Below are positions 63,603 to 64,000 of a stretch of DNA of 64,000 nt, piece by piece (within the stretch, counting starts at the first letter, position 1; every line of letters begins with the position of its first letter). The position numbers and the translations under genes are program-made. The DNA is from an uncultured delta proteobacterium (lineage in GTDB: Bacteria; Desulfobacterota; Desulfobacteria; Desulfobacterales; Desulfosalsimonadaceae), in contig CAWGYD010000004.1 of the NCBI GenBank assembly GCA_963826785.1, positions 128,001-192,000 on the forward strand, written 5' to 3'. The notes under the pieces are model-generated. The model was given only the letters and a program-made list of their open reading frames with translations, made no database searches and was not told where the DNA came from.

Positions 63603-64000
63603 TTAATTGGCGGTGCTGGGATACATGCTTTCGATTTCCTGGGCATATTTTTCGTTGACGATCCGGCGCTTCATCTTCATGGTGGGCGTGAGTTCACCGC
63701 CTTCCACCGAAAACTCCTCGGGGATGATCACGAACTTTTTGATGGTCTGCACCCGGGCTAAAGACTTGTTCACCTCTTCCACCTTTGCCATGAGATAGGC
63801 ATTGAACTTGGGGCATTTCGCGGCTTGGGCCATGTTTTTGGCCGGGCTTCCGGCGGCCTGGATTTCGGCTTCGATCTTGTCCGGATCAAGGGTGAACAGG
63901 GCGCTCATGTACTTGCGCCGGTCGCCGATGACCACGACCTGGTTGACCACCGGGATGGCTTTTAGTTTTCCTTCCAGCACCTGGGGCGGGATATTTTCAC
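63603..64000 (-). CDS. AMP-dependent acyl-CoA synthetase, 3' part (runs off the window)
   Basis: ENIAPQ, VIGDRRKYMSAL, GELTPTMKMKR; paralogous to 42910-44706. Confidence 0.88.
   Translation of the reverse strand, partial: ENIPPQVLEGKLKAIPVVNQVVVIGDRRKYMSALFTLDPDKIEAEIQAAGSPAKNMAQAAKCPKFNAYLMAKVEEVNKSLARVQTIKKFVIIPEEFSVEGGELTPTMKMKRRIVNEKYAQEIESMYPSTAN

Overview
Chromosomal region of a GC-rich anaerobe. Gene content and the G/C-tract intergenic repeats suggest a Desulfobacterales-type deltaproteobacterium (inference). Left arm: prkA(yeaG)-yeaH-spoVR, acyl-CoA ligase, GGDEF and amidohydrolase genes. Centre: a type I-B CRISPR-Cas locus on the minus strand, ordered cas1-cas2-[abrB-vapC]-cas8b(+internal cas11)-cas7-cas5-cas3-cas6-[cas1/cas2 remnant]-ORF6N-cas4-leader-array (about 90 copies of a 37-bp repeat, hand count). 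Right arm: mostly housekeeping (hrpA, amrB, tgt, queA, gatB, acylase, phoD, DUF711/ACT). Most notable: (1) the interference module is headed by a toxin-antitoxin pair and bracketed by direct repeats made of the intact cas1-cas2 3' ends and a synonymously diverged remnant; (2) a 21-bp palindrome lies inside the ORF6N gene and again just upstream of the predicted TA-Cascade promoter, suggesting a dedicated regulator and operator; (3) a small GIY-YIG nuclease is flanked by REPIN-like palindromes; (4) a family of TIR-bounded elements carries internally amplified hairpin arrays; (5) a 182-nt rod-like hairpin; (6) an EF-Ts-like UBA insertion in YeaH. Caveats: four single-base frameshifts and irregular spacers suggest an imperfectly polished consensus. 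All product calls come from motif recognition by eye, not database searches.
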